Part shown: one piece after another, positions 1-13,655 of the stretch | How positions within the stretch are numbered: position 1 is the stretch's first letter | Layout of the letters: each line of letters starts with the position of its first letter | Origin: Craspedostauros australis | Taxonomy: Eukaryota | DNA length: 64,000 nucleotides | NCBI GenBank assembly: GCA_030167865.1 | Contig: JALAGF010001455.1 | Coordinates: forward strand, 1 to 64,000 | Direction: 5' to 3' | Translations under genes and position numbers: made by a program | Notes under the pieces: generated by a model | Told to the model about the DNA's origin: nothing | The model's database searches: none | Seen by the model: the letters and a program-made list of their open reading frames with translations, nothing else

Positions 1-643
1 TGTCAGCAACAGAATCCTGTCAGAGCAGGAGAGAACACACAGTTTCGAGGACCACAGCTCGAAACAGCAACAACAACAACAACAGCCACTAACGCTAGAT
101 AGGATCGTCTTCTGTGTGTCTTGAGGTCTCTCCTTTGCAGCACTTACCAGCTTGCAAGCATCAGAATTCATTCTTTTCGGTGGTGCTCGTGGTCGTCCTC
201 ATCATCGTCCATCTCTAATCTATCTTCGAGGCTTAAGACTACTTCACAGGACTCGATCAGATCAAGTTCAATCGTATATGACCTTTCACCGTTATATAGA
301 CGTTATAGATGATGTGAGACGTGGTTTTGAAAATCCAAAATCCATTCACGCAGCAACACGAAACATCGAACACATTCCACACAAATCCTCCAGAAGAGCC
401 TTGTTGTCATGCGACGGACGTGACATGGGTCTTCCTGAGGCAACACGATCATGCACAAGCGAGCACAACAACACAGACCTTTCGCTGCAAGGCCATCACC
501 AGCTGAGGCGAGAAGTGATGCAAGCAGAAGCAGCGTGAACAACCAAAGGGCGACGATAACACAAGCAAAAGGCATCCATCTCTGAAGGACCTCCCGCAGA
601 CAGCCATCGATAGACAGCAGCAGCAGCAGCAACACCAGCAATC

Positions 644-1875
644 ATGTCCGAAGATCACAAAGACAATGCCAGCGGCAACAGCAATGAAGGCAACGACGCC
701 CAAGACCAGCGCAAGCCGTTGCTGCCGCACGAACCTGACGACCCGTTGCTGGAGGCCTTTCGGTACATCAACTCCATGCCAGGCAAGAATGTTCGCGGTC
801 GTATGATCGACTGCTTCCAGCTATGGATGAAGGTGGAGTCGAACGAAGTTCTCGACGAGATCAAGGTACGTTGCGATGCTTGCTGTTGTGTCATGTTCGC
901 GCTTTGCATACCAGCGTACATCAGTGCATCACGTTGCATTGCATTGTATTGCATTTCGCTCAAGCACCACTCACCTGTACCTTACACTTCCTTTCTACTC
1001 GCACACAATCGATTCGATGTTGACAATGAATCTCTCATCCAATTTCAACCCTCCGCGGTTTCATCCTGCATCAGAATATCGTTGGCGATCTGCACAATGC
1101 CTCGCTCATGATCGATGACATCGAAGACAACAGCAAGCTGCGACGGGGAATCCCTGTGGCGCACTCGATCTTCGGCATTCCCACCGTCATCAATGCGGCG
1201 AACTACGCATATTTTCTGGCATTGGAGAAGTGCCATGCGCTGCGTAATCCGCAGGCGATGAATGTGTTCGTGGGCGAGCTGCTCAATTTGCACCGCGGGC
1301 AGGGCCACGACATCTTGTGGCGCGATGATGTGCGATGCCCCACGGAAGAGCAGTACCTCGAGATGGTCAAAGACAAGACCGGGGGCTTGTTCCGTCTGGC
1401 CGTCGGGTTGATGCAGGCATTCGCGACGGACATGAAGGACAGCGACTTCTCCCCGTTGGTGGACAACCTCGCATTGTACTTTCAAATCCGTGACGACTAC
1501 ATCAACCTCGCCGACGACGAGTACATGAAATCGAAGAGCTTCTGCGAGGACTTCACCGAGGGCAAATTCAGTTTTCCCATCATCCACTCCATCCGGAGCA
1601 ACCCGGATGACACCCGAGTCCTTTCCATACTGAAGAAACGCACGGAAGATGTTGACGTCAAGAAGTACGCCCAGAGCTTGATGATCGAGCACGGCAGCTT
1701 GGAGTACACGCGGGCGAAATGCCGCGTCCTCAAGACGGAGATCGTGGAACAAATTGAGGTGCTGGGAGGCAACGAACCCTTGATGAAGCTGATGGACCTT
1801 CTGGATGTGCAACTGGAAGGCATCCATTCCGACAAGTCAGCAAGGAAGGAGTTGGATCGCATCGACCACACCTGA
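644..1875 (+). CDS. GGPS1: Geranylgeranyl diphosphate synthase (type III-like), 2 exons: 644-865, 1075-1875
   Basis: PGKNVR motif in exon 1. A GT..AG intron at 866-1074 joins in frame to NIVGDLHNASLMIDDIED (first Asp-rich motif), followed by RRG, LHRGQG, KTGGLF, FQIRDDY and EDFTEGKFSFP. Confidence 0.93.
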
Positions 1876-2305
1876 AGAAGTACAACAGAGCCCTCTAAAC
1901 TATTATACTCAATAGCAGTTGAGTATTGTCCCTCGGTATTCTACAAATGGCACCGCACAGAACGATGCAACCCGCCGTGTCAAAGGAAACAAATGCAAGC
2001 ACGAGTCGAAGATGGATCCCCAAGGGAATGCTACGTGTTCGTTCTGTCTTGGATTTGGTTTAGTCTTATTGTGGCTCCAGAGAGAGAGATGCTTCATGAT
2101 TCGTTTCCCACTGTTCCAAAACACATCAGTGCAGGACTCCTCGACGCGCGTTTGTCTCCGCCAACCGCTCTGCATGTTCATGCCTCTTCACGGGCAAATG
2201 CTGACAGAGATTCATTTCGACCGGCTACGAGTACGAGTATCATCCAATGGAAGTGAATTGAAGATGAATGGAACCATGTCATACGAGTGCTCGGTTGGTT
2301 GCATC

Positions 2306-5300
2306 TCACTTGCCTTCTTCGTTGCCTGGCTGCTTCTCGGCTTGTGGGGGTGCAGCAGGTCCTGGCTGGGCCGGTGGACCACCACCGTTTGGATGAGCGC
2401 CTGGTGGCAATGGAACACCGAACACGGCGCCAGGCACCGGCATCCCCATCGGCATTTGTTGCATTCCCGGATGGCCCATGACCATTGGCTGCATTGGTAC
2501 GGGGCCTGATGGACCTGCAACGAATGGCATCATTCCCATGTGCGGCATCATTGGGTACATCATGCCATGTGGGCCAGGGTGAGGTAGCTGCTGCTGTGGG
2601 GGTCCCGCCGGTGGCATCGGCGCTTCCTTGCCTTCCTCTGTGTAAGTGAAATTGAACGAGGACGGCGAGGCGTTCGCGGGGCCTTGGTCGTGCCTCTTGT
2701 TCGACATCATGCGAAGGACCTGATCAGCTGCGGTCTTGGGATGCTGTGGCGGGCCTTGTCCATTTTGGTGCATGACGGGCGGCGCTTGCATGCCAGGCAC
2801 CATCCCAGGCATCATGTGTGGAATTGCCATGTGCATCGGCACTGGCAACGGCAGCGTAGATGCTTGCGGCGGGGGTGGTGGTGGTGGTGGTGGAGGGAAT
2901 CCTGCATCTCCCCCGCCTGACGGAGCCGATGCTGCTCCACCCGAAGTGACACCGAGCAAGCTCTTGAGCCCAGCTGAGGCATCATTTTCTACCGCCCCTG
3001 CCCCTGCTCCAGCTGGCGGTGGTGCTGGTGGCATGGGCACAGCATGAGAGTTGCCAACTCCAAGCATCGCTTTGAGCCCTTCGGCGCTGCTCAATGCTGC
3101 GGGCACGGTAGCCGCAGCAGCTGGAGCGGCAGCGGGTGTTGGATTCGCCTTGCCAGCGCCACCTCCCAAACCGAGCATGGCCTTCAATTGGTTGGCCTTG
3201 TTCTTGTCAGTTGCAGCGGCGGCTGGAGTTGGGGCCGTAGGTGCAGCCGCTGTGGCGGACGGGGCCACCTTTTTCGGCACGGGCGTCGTCTTGGCGACTT
3301 CGCCAGCCTTCTGCTCCATGAGCTTTCTCCAGTTCGCAATGCCACTCTTGCCGACCTTCCGCGCGCCCTTGAAACCGATGCCCTTCGGTGGTGGGCCTTG
3401 AGCCTCCTTCCATCCAGCCTGCTTGCTGCGCGAATCCGACTGAGCACGGCTCCTGGATCCTGCCCGTGATCCTGGATTGGCACGGTTCCTCGATGATGCT
3501 CGGCTTGATCCGCCGGATGGGGTGGGAGTAGTGCTGCGGTTGGGTGCGGTTTCTGCGTGAGTGTTCGAATCGGCCTCGATCTTGGACAGGAGATTGTTCA
3601 TGGCAGCCTTGCCCGCGCCCTTCGCAACGAGCTTGTCGACGACGTCACCGCTACCATCGGCAGAAATCCTCAAGAGGTGCGCCCACATGCAGAGCTTGCC
3701 ACGGAAGTTGGAGCAGTGGCCTTGGAGGGAGGTCCCTCCTACAAATTCCTCGTCCATCACGACTTCCACGCATCCAGTCTTCGCCTCGTGGATCGTGATC
3801 ACGGTTCCTCGGGCTCCGAATGGAATGCCCGTGGCGCACAGATTCACGATGCGGTCACCCAAGCGTGGTTTTTCGTCGTTGTTGAAGTCGCCGGCGAGGA
3901 TGACATCCGTTGCCTCGGTCGAGTTCTCCAAGTACAACGCGCTGGGAGGGATCTTGATGAGCGAGTCTGTTGGGAAGCCCTTCTTCTTGAGCGCGATGTT
4001 GCGCACTTGCGCTGCCTTCTCCACAGCCGCCACAGCATCCTGCGGCATCATTTCGGTGGAGATGGGCGTTCGTGGCAGCTTCGCACTCTCCACGTTGTTC
4101 AGCCACTTGCGGATCATTGGCAGCCACTCGGAACCGTTGGGGCCGAAGATCCTCTTGGCATCGTAACGCTTCTCGTTCGGGAAGTTGGCCAGCACGTGGA
4201 AGAGCTGGGGGAACTGCTGGCGGTACTCGTTCACCAGGCGGATAGCCTTCGGGGTGTACTCCCAGATGATGCGCTCCTTGGTGTCACTATAGCCATCGCC
4301 ACCCTTGCGAGCGCGAGAGCTGCCGACCACCAGAACCGTGTCACCGGTCTCCCAGACGGACTTGGCTTGGTTGGATTTGCCCTTTGGCTTCTCCACACGT
4401 TGGCGCGTGTAACCGGCAACGCACATGCCGTCGGATGACTTCAGATTCAGCCCGAGATCGTACTGGCCAGGCTCGAAGTTCAGGTTGCTCGTGATGCGCC
4501 CGAACAACGAGGGCGCCAGCTTGAGGATGCGGGCAGCGTCGGCCGACGAGATGTAAGATTCGAAGATGCTACGCGCGAGGGCGTGGCCGAAGGGGACTTC
4601 GGGTGGCATCACTTGGACCTTGACGGCCACCTTGTTTGCATCGGCGACGCCTGCAATGGATCCAGAGCATCCACGGTACTTGCCCTTCGTGAGGACGACC
4701 TTGGAGTCTGTTGGGAATCTGTCTGCAATCTGTAGCGGACCACGCTGGATGAAGCGCGGGTCGGGCGCTGGAGCCTGCCAAAGCGCAAGCTGCAGCGGGA
4801 CGTCTGCCAATTCCTTTCCGAACACCTTCTTGGTGGAACCGTCGGAGAGGTTTGACTTCATTCCCTGGAGGGGGTTCACCTTGATTCGGATCTTGACCTC
4901 GCCGATTTCGACACCTCCGGTGCCTGGGATGCCAAGTCCTGTCTTGTATCCCTCCCTCATGCCCTCGGCTTCCTTGATCCACGTGTCCTGCTGCTTCTTG
5001 TCGAAACGTTGCACTTTGTGCTTGCTGTTTCCCTTTCCCTTCGATTTACCCTTTTTCTTGGCGAGTGTCACCTCGCATGTCCTGTCGGAGACTGATACAA
5101 CACGGCCCTCGTGCATCATGGGCCAGTTCACGAACAGCGATTTGCCAAGCACGTTCTCGGCCAGGACTTCGACTGGCGGGAGGGCAGGCATCTCGTGCAG
5201 GGTGAGGAGCGTGTTCGGGTACTTGGACGGCATGCCGAAGCAGTTCACTCGGATTGGTTCCAACTCGGTATTCACGATTGGTAGCACGTTGAGGGACGGA

Positions 5301-8100
5301 AATCCGGGGAAAGGTATCTGGGTGCCCGGGATGAGTTCGGGGCGGAACGAGATGCTGGTGTCGTCCGGTTCCATGATCACGGACACACGGGAATGGCACT
5401 TGACGATGTCCACCAAGCCAATCTTTTTGTTTGGGGAAGGGATAGTGTCGGTGCATGTGAGATCGCGTACGTAGCTGTAGACGTCACCAACTCTGTTGCG
5501 TTTGTTTTCGGCGGCCGATAACTTATCCTTCGGGCAGTACTTCTCGATGGTGCTTTTCAGGAGGTTGCCGTCGATGAATGGGAGGAGGTTGACTCCTTCC
5601 CAGGGATTCTTCTTGCCGTTCATGTCAACCTGGAACGTCTTGGGGTAGAACTGGATGATGGGGGATTGCGGGTCCATCATCAACGAGCGGTACAGTTTCG
5701 GCACGAGCGAGGACGAGGCCGGCGGGAGGCAGGCCATCAGCTGCTGGAAGGGCGTTAAGGGTGCGCCATGTTCGAACTTAATCGTCTCGAACATCTGCGG
5801 GAGGTTGCGGAGATCGCTGAGCATGGGTCCGTAATGGTACGGGAAGTACCATCCCCAGGATATGCAGCCTTTGTAGTAGTACGCCATGCACCACATCAGA
5901 CCTTCGATGTAAGACTTGCGCAATGCATGATGAGCCTCGATGTCGGTTGGTTTTATCGCGAGCTTCTCGAAGTAGTAGCGACCTTTGAAGTCTTTCTCGC
6001 CGGCCTCGACTGGTTTCCAGCCGTCCACGAAGGTGGCGCCTTCCTGGGATAGGATGGAACGCAGCATCGCTTCGAACTCGGTCTGCTTGCCCTCCTCGGC
6101 CTCCGCCATCTGATCGTCCGAGAGGATGGTGCTCTTCTTGCCGTCGCGTTTGTCCCAGCGGCGCTTCTTCTTGACGTACGCAGCATCGTTCTTCTCGCGC
6201 TCCTCGAGGGTGTCCGTTTCCACTTCACCGATCTTCTGGAGGAAGGCTTCCAACCGGGCAGGATCGACGACGTCGCCGGAGTTAGTGAGGTACTGGCCGT
6301 CGCCCCATCCGGACCGCTGCTGCTTGTACACTTCGAACAGCAGATCGAACGCACCCTCGGAGATATCGAGGGTGTTGAGATGCGGCAAGAAGTCGTTGCC
6401 GACGAGGAAGGTGATGAAGACGAAGTCATCGATCGAGTGCTCCAGACTGACCTTGTCGAAGCCCTTGCAAAATTCGATGAAGAGGTATTCGCGCAGCACG
6501 GAGAGATGCAGAAGCTGGAAGTGCGATTCTTCGGTAAACTTCTTGACCTGCTTCAGGGCGTTGTCATTTCTCCTCTTTCCAAATCCAAAATCGACGATCT
6601 CACGCAAGAGAGTGAAGTGCGGTTCGTGCGTGACGAGGCCCAGCATGATGAGATCGGCATCCTGGCCGTACATGCAATGCCTCGTGTTTGGCCTGTATCC
6701 AGGCTGGTTTTTCATCCTGCGGATGTGTTCCATGATCTTGTGCTCTCCCTCCCCTGGGATCTCGTGCCCGCTGAAGATGACGTTGAGGTTCTTCCATTGC
6801 GGGTCTTCCTTGAGCTTCTTTTGGATGAAGTACTTGATGATCTCCGACACCCTGGCCATGAATTCGGTTCCTGGTGTGATGCAGTTTGAATCAAAGACTT
6901 GTACGCCCGGTTGTCCGTCCGAACCATCGATCCCCTTCTCCCTGGTTGCTTCCGCCATGTCCTTCGCGGAGCGGAAGCGCCTCGATCTCTGCTGGTTGAG
7001 CTTGGCGCGTGGTGCCACACCATCGATGGCCATGTACAATGAGACCTTTGGTTTCACGATCTGGATGATACGGTCCAAGTCTGCCCTCAGCGAATGCCAT
7101 GTTTTGATGTTGTTGATTCGTGGTATGTATTGTATGGTGTCGCATGGTGTCGCGTTGATTATATTCGTTGCGCATGTGTGGCGTCAATATTCCAGTTGAA
7201 TTGTTGGTCGGTTTGCCATGCACGCACATGAAAATGAATGTAAGGGAGAGAGAGTGAGCAAGGCAACGTTTTTCAAATTGTACGGAGAGTTGACGCGCAT
7301 ACACCATTGTCCCAGAGTTGCAAGTGTTGCTGACACGTACTCAACTCAATATTCGCCACAGCAGTCGCAGGGACCAAGCGGTTGCACGCAGTCACGACAT
7401 GTTCACTTACAATGCATGATGCCCAGCATCATGTCGCGATCGCTGACAACATCTGAGATGTCGCGGTCTGCGGGATGCGAGCAACCGTGAATGATACCGT
7501 TCATATCCAAGTACAGATGATCGAACTCCGGCAGCAGCGCCGAGTCCGAGATGATCTCATTGATCTTCGGATAGCGCTCGCTGATCCAACGGTAGAACTG
7601 CACTCGTAATTGCGGCGGTGGATTTGCATGAACAATGTGATGGGAGGGATATATGATCACGGCAAAAGACATGTGGCATCCCCCATTGGTCCAGTACGAT
7701 CGATGGTCGTTCACGATGCAAAAAGAAGATGCCGATCGATTCACAAATATAAAGTTAAAGCACAGCAGAAAGAGATGGATTCGTTGGATGAGGTGTTGCC
7801 GTTCGTTGAGTTGGACTCGACCGCTGCTGTCATCATTGTCCGCGATGAAGTTCTGCGCTTCCATCTGACTGCGATCAACGCAATGCTCTTGCACGCTTTG
7901 AATCTGTTCCGAATGAATCAACTCCACTCTTCTCTATCTGTTTCCACCCGCACAACGTTCATGTGACATCGGCCCCCTCGCTTTTCCCAAAGCTGATGAT
8001 ACATTGTGCTTCATGAATCCAAGCGTGCATGAAGTAGAGAGCAGAGTAGTACATGTGTACGAGTACGAGCAACCACACAACGGACCTTTGGAACTCCCAT
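2306..8100 (-). CDS. XRN1: 5'-3' exoribonuclease 1, 3 exons: 8100-8086, 7597-7411, 7080-2306
   Basis: Spliced N-terminus [15 protein letters not shown]...[17 protein letters not shown], then [52 protein letters not shown] and YPYHYGP. Long C-terminal region with an SH3-like [15 protein letters not shown] segment and a Pro/Met/Gly-rich tail. Introns 7598-8085 and 7081-7410 are GT..AG and keep the frame. Confidence 0.95.
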
Positions 8101-9158
8101 GTTGCTTCGTTGTTTTGCTTTGCTTTTGTGTTGGTTGCTGCCGCTGCTGTTCAAGTGACGCCAATGCCACTTCTGGTGCTATGTGGGTGATTGGATTGAG
8201 CTTGCCGATCAATGACGCCGTGGTGTGGTGTGCTCTGGAGTGGAGTAGAGTGGTCTGGGTTTGGTCTGGAAGTGGAGTGCTTCGCTGTTGAAATGCTGAA
8301 TAACTCAGCTGCAGATGTCGAACGGATGACCGAGAGTATGATAGCTGTAGCAGTGACTGTAGCAGTGACTGTAGCTGTATGGCTGCGGATGAAAGTAGGG
8401 ATGAGACGATGAGGACGGAAGCAATCTCAAGAGAGAGATGAATCTTCGGCCGTCTGTTTGTCCAACGGAAAGGCAAACGAGGATACGATCACAAGTACAA
8501 ACCGGTGCCGGTCTCGAACTGTTATTGCTTCTGCTCTCTTTGTTCAGCGTTGGGTTGATCTGCGTCCTGCGTGCCAATGATATAACTCTGTCCACAACGA
8601 CTCGGTGATGGGTGTTGCGGATGCTGTGGCTTCTTCGGCTGGCGACCCCTGTTGACGATGATGATGTCCGATGATGCCTGACGATGATGCAGATAAAGCG
8701 AGGCGAATGGCGATTGTGTGGATTGACTCCAAATGTCCAACGGCGATGTTCTGTTCCCTCCGTCTTCCGTTTCGTCTTTTGGCTTTGGCGCGTTTGGCCT
8801 CCCACCACAAATGCCGAACGGACTTTCTTGTGATGTTTGTTGTTCACATCGCAAAGTCATTGTTCGTGATCCAATGAGTCAGATCGACTGGTGCGATCGT
8901 ATTTGGCGATTGCGGTTCACACAACAATAGTCGTAGCACTCTCATCGGTCGTAGGCCATTGGCATTCTATTATCACCCACTTTGCAGGAGAGTAGAGCAA
9001 TTCAAGTCTTCTGAAGAGGCCGACCAAACCATTATAACATATTATAAATGGTAACCTTCGCTAGACTAAGTCCTGTTGCAGTCATCGTACGGGTGCTATC
9101 ATGTCCACCAATGCAATGGTTAGACTGTGCCGCTCACTTTCCAACAATATTCAACTCC

Positions 9159-10511
9159 TCATCGTTGACGCCTGGTTGCGACGCCGCCTCGTCGCTTTGC
9201 CCTGGTGGATCGGCTCATCTGCGCGACCTGCTTGCGCGTTTCGATCTCCTCGTTGTGCGCCTTCATCTTGGCCGCCTCCGTGGTGGGCTCGCCCTTGGCC
9301 TTCTTCACGAGGTTGTTGAGGGTTTCTTGGAATCCTGCGTCCTGCGCGGCCCCGGGCACCGGCTTGGGTCGTTCCCAGATACCGAAGGCCTCCTTCACCA
9401 TCCCGTTGCGCAGTAATATGGACTGGCCCATGCTGAAGAGGTTGTTGGGGACCCAGTAGCACAGCATGGCGGCAGGGAACGTGGTCATGACGGGCACCAT
9501 GACGACGGCCATGGCGCGGAAGGCATTGACCATGACGGGGCCGTACTTGGGGTTGGAATCCATCATCTGCTCCTTACCGGCCTCGATGGTGGCGAGGAAC
9601 GTCATGCCGCACGTGATGGGAAGGATGAAGGTGGGATCCGCCACGGTGAGATCCGTGAACCAGGCAAGGCCACCGGTGGACAGCTCGGTCGGGAACAGGT
9701 CGGGCATCTTCTTCATCCCGAAGAACATGCCGATGAACAGCGGCGCCTGGATCATCGGTGCTGCCATGGCAGCGAACGGCTTCACGTCGTACTTTTTGAA
9801 CACGGCCTTCATCTGGTCGGCGAAGACCTTCTGCTCGGCCTGCGTTGGCGTTCCGAGCTTCTCGTAGCGTTCCTTCAGCTGCGCCAGCTCCGGTTGCAAA
9901 TGCGCCATGCGCGATGCGGCGCGCTGTCCGCGGATGGCCAATGGCAGGATCAGCATGCGCAATGTGCATGTCACAGCGACGATGGAGGCGGCGTACTCCA
10001 ACCCGGTCATGTCATGCACCAAGTGCACACCATTGACGGCCTGATCGGCAAGGTTGTACCACGATGGCTCCCACGCAACTGACGCCGCCTGGTCGAGGAA
10101 CCATTCGTCGCTGCCATCCTGAGCGACCTTCTGAGTATCGTGGAACAGCTTGTCCATGGTGTCTTCGAAGGCGGGTTGCGATGCTCCGGCTGCAGTTGCG
10201 GTGCTGGTCACGTCCGCGCCCGTGCTGGTCGAATTGAAGCGCCTTTGGTCCATGCCACGCAGCTCCATCCTGTTCCGCATGCCCATGCCGACGCTGGTCG
10301 TGTGCAGCTTCATCGTTTGCTGAAGACGATGATGCATGGACGAATTTCTGCCCACGTCAATGGTCATTGACGCCGGTGTCACCAAACCCGCGGCATCAGA
10401 CCCTTTGGCATTGGCATTGCTTTGTCCAAGGACGGATGCCACTCGCTGCCGCACGACGACGTTGCCGTGCTGCGCCTGGAAGCGACCAAGGCTGGAAACA
10501 GATCGCAACAT
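9159..10511 (-). CDS. OXA1: Mitochondrial inner-membrane insertase, OXA1/YidC family
   Basis: First ATG at 10511 gives an Arg/Ser-rich presequence (MLRSVSSLGRF). Family motifs: SIVAVTCTLRMLILPL, QAPLFIGMFFGM, GGLAWFTDLTVADPTFILP and YWVPNNLFSMGQ. Confidence 0.9.
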   Translation of the reverse strand: MLRSVSSLGRFQAQHGNVVVRQRVASVLGQSNANAKGSDAAGLVTPASMTIDVGRNSSMHHRLQQTMKLHTTSVGMGMRNRMELRGMDQRRFNSTSTGADVTSTATAAGASQPAFEDTMDKLFHDTQKVAQDGSDEWFLDQAASVAWEPSWYNLADQAVNGVHLVHDMTGLEYAASIVAVTCTLRMLILPLAIRGQRAASRMAHLQPELAQLKERYEKLGTPTQAEQKVFADQMKAVFKKYDVKPFAAMAAPMIQAPLFIGMFFGMKKMPDLFPTELSTGGLAWFTDLTVADPTFILPITCGMTFLATIEAGKEQMMDSNPKYGPVMVNAFRAMAVVMVPVMTTFPAAMLCYWVPNNLFSMGQSILLRNGMVKEAFGIWERPKPVPGAAQDAGFQETLNNLVKKAKGEPTTEAAKMKAHNEEIETRKQVAQMSRSTRAKRRGGVATRRQR

Positions 10512-10960
10512 TCTCAACTTTTGTGCACAACGCGTACTTCCACAATGAAGGGCAGAGGGGAGGGTCGTCAATGACTTCTACTATGCTTCTGCCAAGAGAT
10601 GTCGCTGATGGATTGACTGATGATCGGATTGTGAATGAAGATGACGAGTGATGTGTTGTTTTTCGGATGAGAAAAATTCGTGAACGCCAAAAGCACGAAG
10701 ACACCATTCTTCAGGTGGAAGAACACGTATGGATGGACGGACGCAACAAGTGACATGGCTTTGGTCGTGAAGGATTCTTGGGCAACAAAGGTAGGCTAAC
10801 GTGCGTCCGCCCTCTAGAGAGAGAGAGAGAGTAGAGTTGAGCACCACATGAGATATGAGAGCTAAGGATCACGCTAGAGAGACTATACGTAAGAGAGCAA
10901 CAGTCGCTCTTATGCATAAGAGTAGTCGACCCTCATCTCTGGATAGAGAGACCCAAGCAT

Positions 10961-12938
10961 TCAACCCGCCCGCTCGGCACGAAAAGTATGGCCATGTTTG
11001 CGTCGCAACGCCGGGTAGCATTTGGAACAAAGGTCAAAGTCGAAGCACACGGTGCATTTCTGAATCGTTCCGACAATGCGTTGCGAGCAGCCATCACAGT
11101 GCGCCACTTCGCAAAAGTGAGGTACTGCTGCTGTAGCTGCGTCTTCTTGTTGTGCCGGCGAGGATGGGTTTTGCGGTTGTGCGCCAGGGAAGAGCAACAC
11201 TCTCTCATGTGGTACGGTGGTGCCAGACCATGCCTCCTTGTCAAAGTACCTTGCGGAATCCAAGTTTTTGGTTTGCTCATCGTCATCCTCAGAATGAGTC
11301 GGTTCAGACAACAGAGTGGACAGGACGACCCCAGCAATGTCGCTATCGCCGTTGTCGTGCTTACGTTTCTTCGACGTGCCGTTGGCCTTTTCTGGGAGCA
11401 GTACCCTTGCCAAGGCCCTTGTCACGTCGTCACAATATCCCAGCAGGTATGCGTCGAACACATAGCCGTCGCGAAAGTCTTTGTCATCTTCACCACCGCC
11501 ATTGCCATCACCATGTCTACCCGTATCGCCATTCGGCGATGCTGTGCTGGATGTTGCAGGATGGACGATGGTGCGATTGATCAGGATCCTCGGAATGTTG
11601 TTGGGAAAATACTCAATGACTTTGGAGATTGGTGCGCTGCGGTAAAACGAAACGAGGAGCAGTTTGTGAGTGCATTCAGTGAGAGAAAGAGGAAGCGACA
11701 AGGCCATCCGGAGGAATACTTGCAGCGGTTCAAATACCGACTGCGTTCAGAAGAACTTACACGGAGAGTGATGTTCCAATCACAATCACGCCATCGACTT
11801 TGTCGTGATCGATTTCCAATGATTTACGGACGTTGTCGTGCAACGTTTCACCAAAGAATGTTACACCAGGTTTGAGGATACCGCCGCAAGCATTTGGATT
11901 CGTCTGTTGCTCTGTCTGTGGTTGTGGTCTGGACCTTGATCTCGTCCTCGTGCTCGTTGTTGCATTTGCATTTGTCTGCGCTGCTGCTCCTTGCGATCGG
12001 TCCGTCACGCCGGTCCCAATCTGCTGTCTCCGATTGCGTATTCGTCTGCTCGGCTCGCGTTGTCGCGCCATCTTTGGTAGTGATACCCCATTTCCGGCGC
12101 TTGTTGCTGCTGTCGATGGAGTGCCAGTTGCTTCTATTGCATCATCAGCAGCAGCAGCAGTCGGTGAATTCCTAGATGTCGTACTGGTATCATCTTGGCA
12201 TGCATCATGTTGATCATCCACCTTTTCGCGTCGATTCTTTTTCTTCTTTGCTTTCTTTTCAAATGTACATTTGGGAACCTGTCCCTTCTGAATGACAGAC
12301 AGAAAGTCTTTCGACACGTACTTGCGAGAACATGCTTGACAATCGGCCCATTGCAAGCTGCCATGGGCATACACCATCTTCTTGTTGGATACACCCGCCA
12401 TGACCTCCAACCCGTCGATGTTCTGCGTGTAGATGCGCTGCAGGCACTTCAATTTGTGCTCCAGCAAGGCCAGGAGCTTGTGAGAGTCGCTGGGCTGCAC
12501 CATGGTCCGCATCCCTAGCGGGAAGTAAAGATGCTTCGCGAAGGTGTAGAAGGGAATCGGATTCTCACGAAAGAATTCCAAATCGAAGAGCTCTTCGGCG
12601 CACGAGAGGCCCAGCGATTCGATGTCCAGCGTGTTGTACAATCCATTGGCAGAACGAAAGTCCGGAATCCCGCACGAGACGCTGATACCCGCTCCGACGA
12701 TGACGGCGATGCGTTTGCGGCCGTGGAATAGCCGAGCGACGTTGTGCAATGCCTGCGAGAAAGTTGGTGTGGGCGTCGACGGTGACCCCTGTTCGCTTGT
12801 GGAGGATGAATGTGGTGGTTCGGACGGAGCATCGTCATCATGATCGTCGTGGAGATGGAAGTTGAACGGCGGCTCCATACGAACAATCTTCCTCGTCTTC
12901 TTCCTTCCCTGTTGTTTCACCTTCGTTTGCGTTTTCAT
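10961..12938 (-). CDS. Sirtuin (class I SIR2-like NAD-dependent deacetylase) with C-terminal ZZ zinc finger, 2 exons: 12938-11761, 11636-10961
   Basis: GAGISVSCGIPDFRS, YTQNIDGLE, HGS, LKPGVTFFGE, GTSLSV|APISKV, RILINR and LLGYCD. The C-terminus HCDGCSQRIVGTIQKCTVCFDFDLCSKCY..H is a ZZ-type finger. Intron 11637-11760 is GTAAGT..CAG. Confidence 0.9.
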
Positions 12939-13082
12939 GATGGACGTGCGGTGGGCGCTGCTTCCTCAATCTCGATCTCGACAACTCAATGAAATCACAG
13001 CGTTCTTCCAAAGATCGCCGATGAGATGCTGAGGTCCCTTGTTCAGATGGCGCCAACGCAAATGGTTGCTTCGCCTGGTCAA

Positions 13083-13132
<50 letters not shown>
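13083..13132. repeat. Compound microsatellite (CT)n(CA)n
   Basis: Directly visible in the divergent intergenic region between the sirtuin and RPN5 genes. Confidence 0.95.
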
Positions 13133-13133
<1 letters not shown>

Positions 13134-13596
13134 TCACTCGCCACAGACATCCACGCCCTGTTTCGCACAACCGACGCGTGTGCCTCTCACATTTTCGTTG
13201 CGTTTGGTCATCGCGAGATGGATCAGGATGTGGGAAATACGATTTGGTTTGGACATCCAAACTTTTGACATCTTGTTGTCGAAAATCGACTCGCATGATT
13301 AGAAATTGAAAATCGACCCCTTCGAATGAGAAGCCCATAATGGATCAACCGAGTCGTATCCAAGATAAGCAACGAACAGAAACGATTTTTGCCGATGTTT
13401 GGAGATTGGGAACAAATCCAACGACACGCAACAACGCCGTGGCGGCCGAATCAAGCAAGAGAGTGGACGCAGAGAGCACAGAGTCACGCAATTCAGAGGG
13501 GCCTCCACACAACCAAGACAAGGCAACAGAGACGATCAAGGTGAAGGTAGCATACGAGGACGATTACATTGCATCAAAGACAAGGAAGCTGAAGAC

Positions 13597-13644
13597 AGCA
13601 AGAGCAATAGCAATAGCAATAGCAAGAGCAATAGCAATAGCAAC
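13597..13644 (+). repeat. Hexanucleotide tandem repeat AGCAA(T/G), about 8 copies, just upstream of the RPN5 ATG
   Basis: agcaagagcaatagcaatagcaatagcaagagcaatagcaatagcaac. Confidence 0.9.
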
Positions 13645-13655
13645 AAGAACACACC

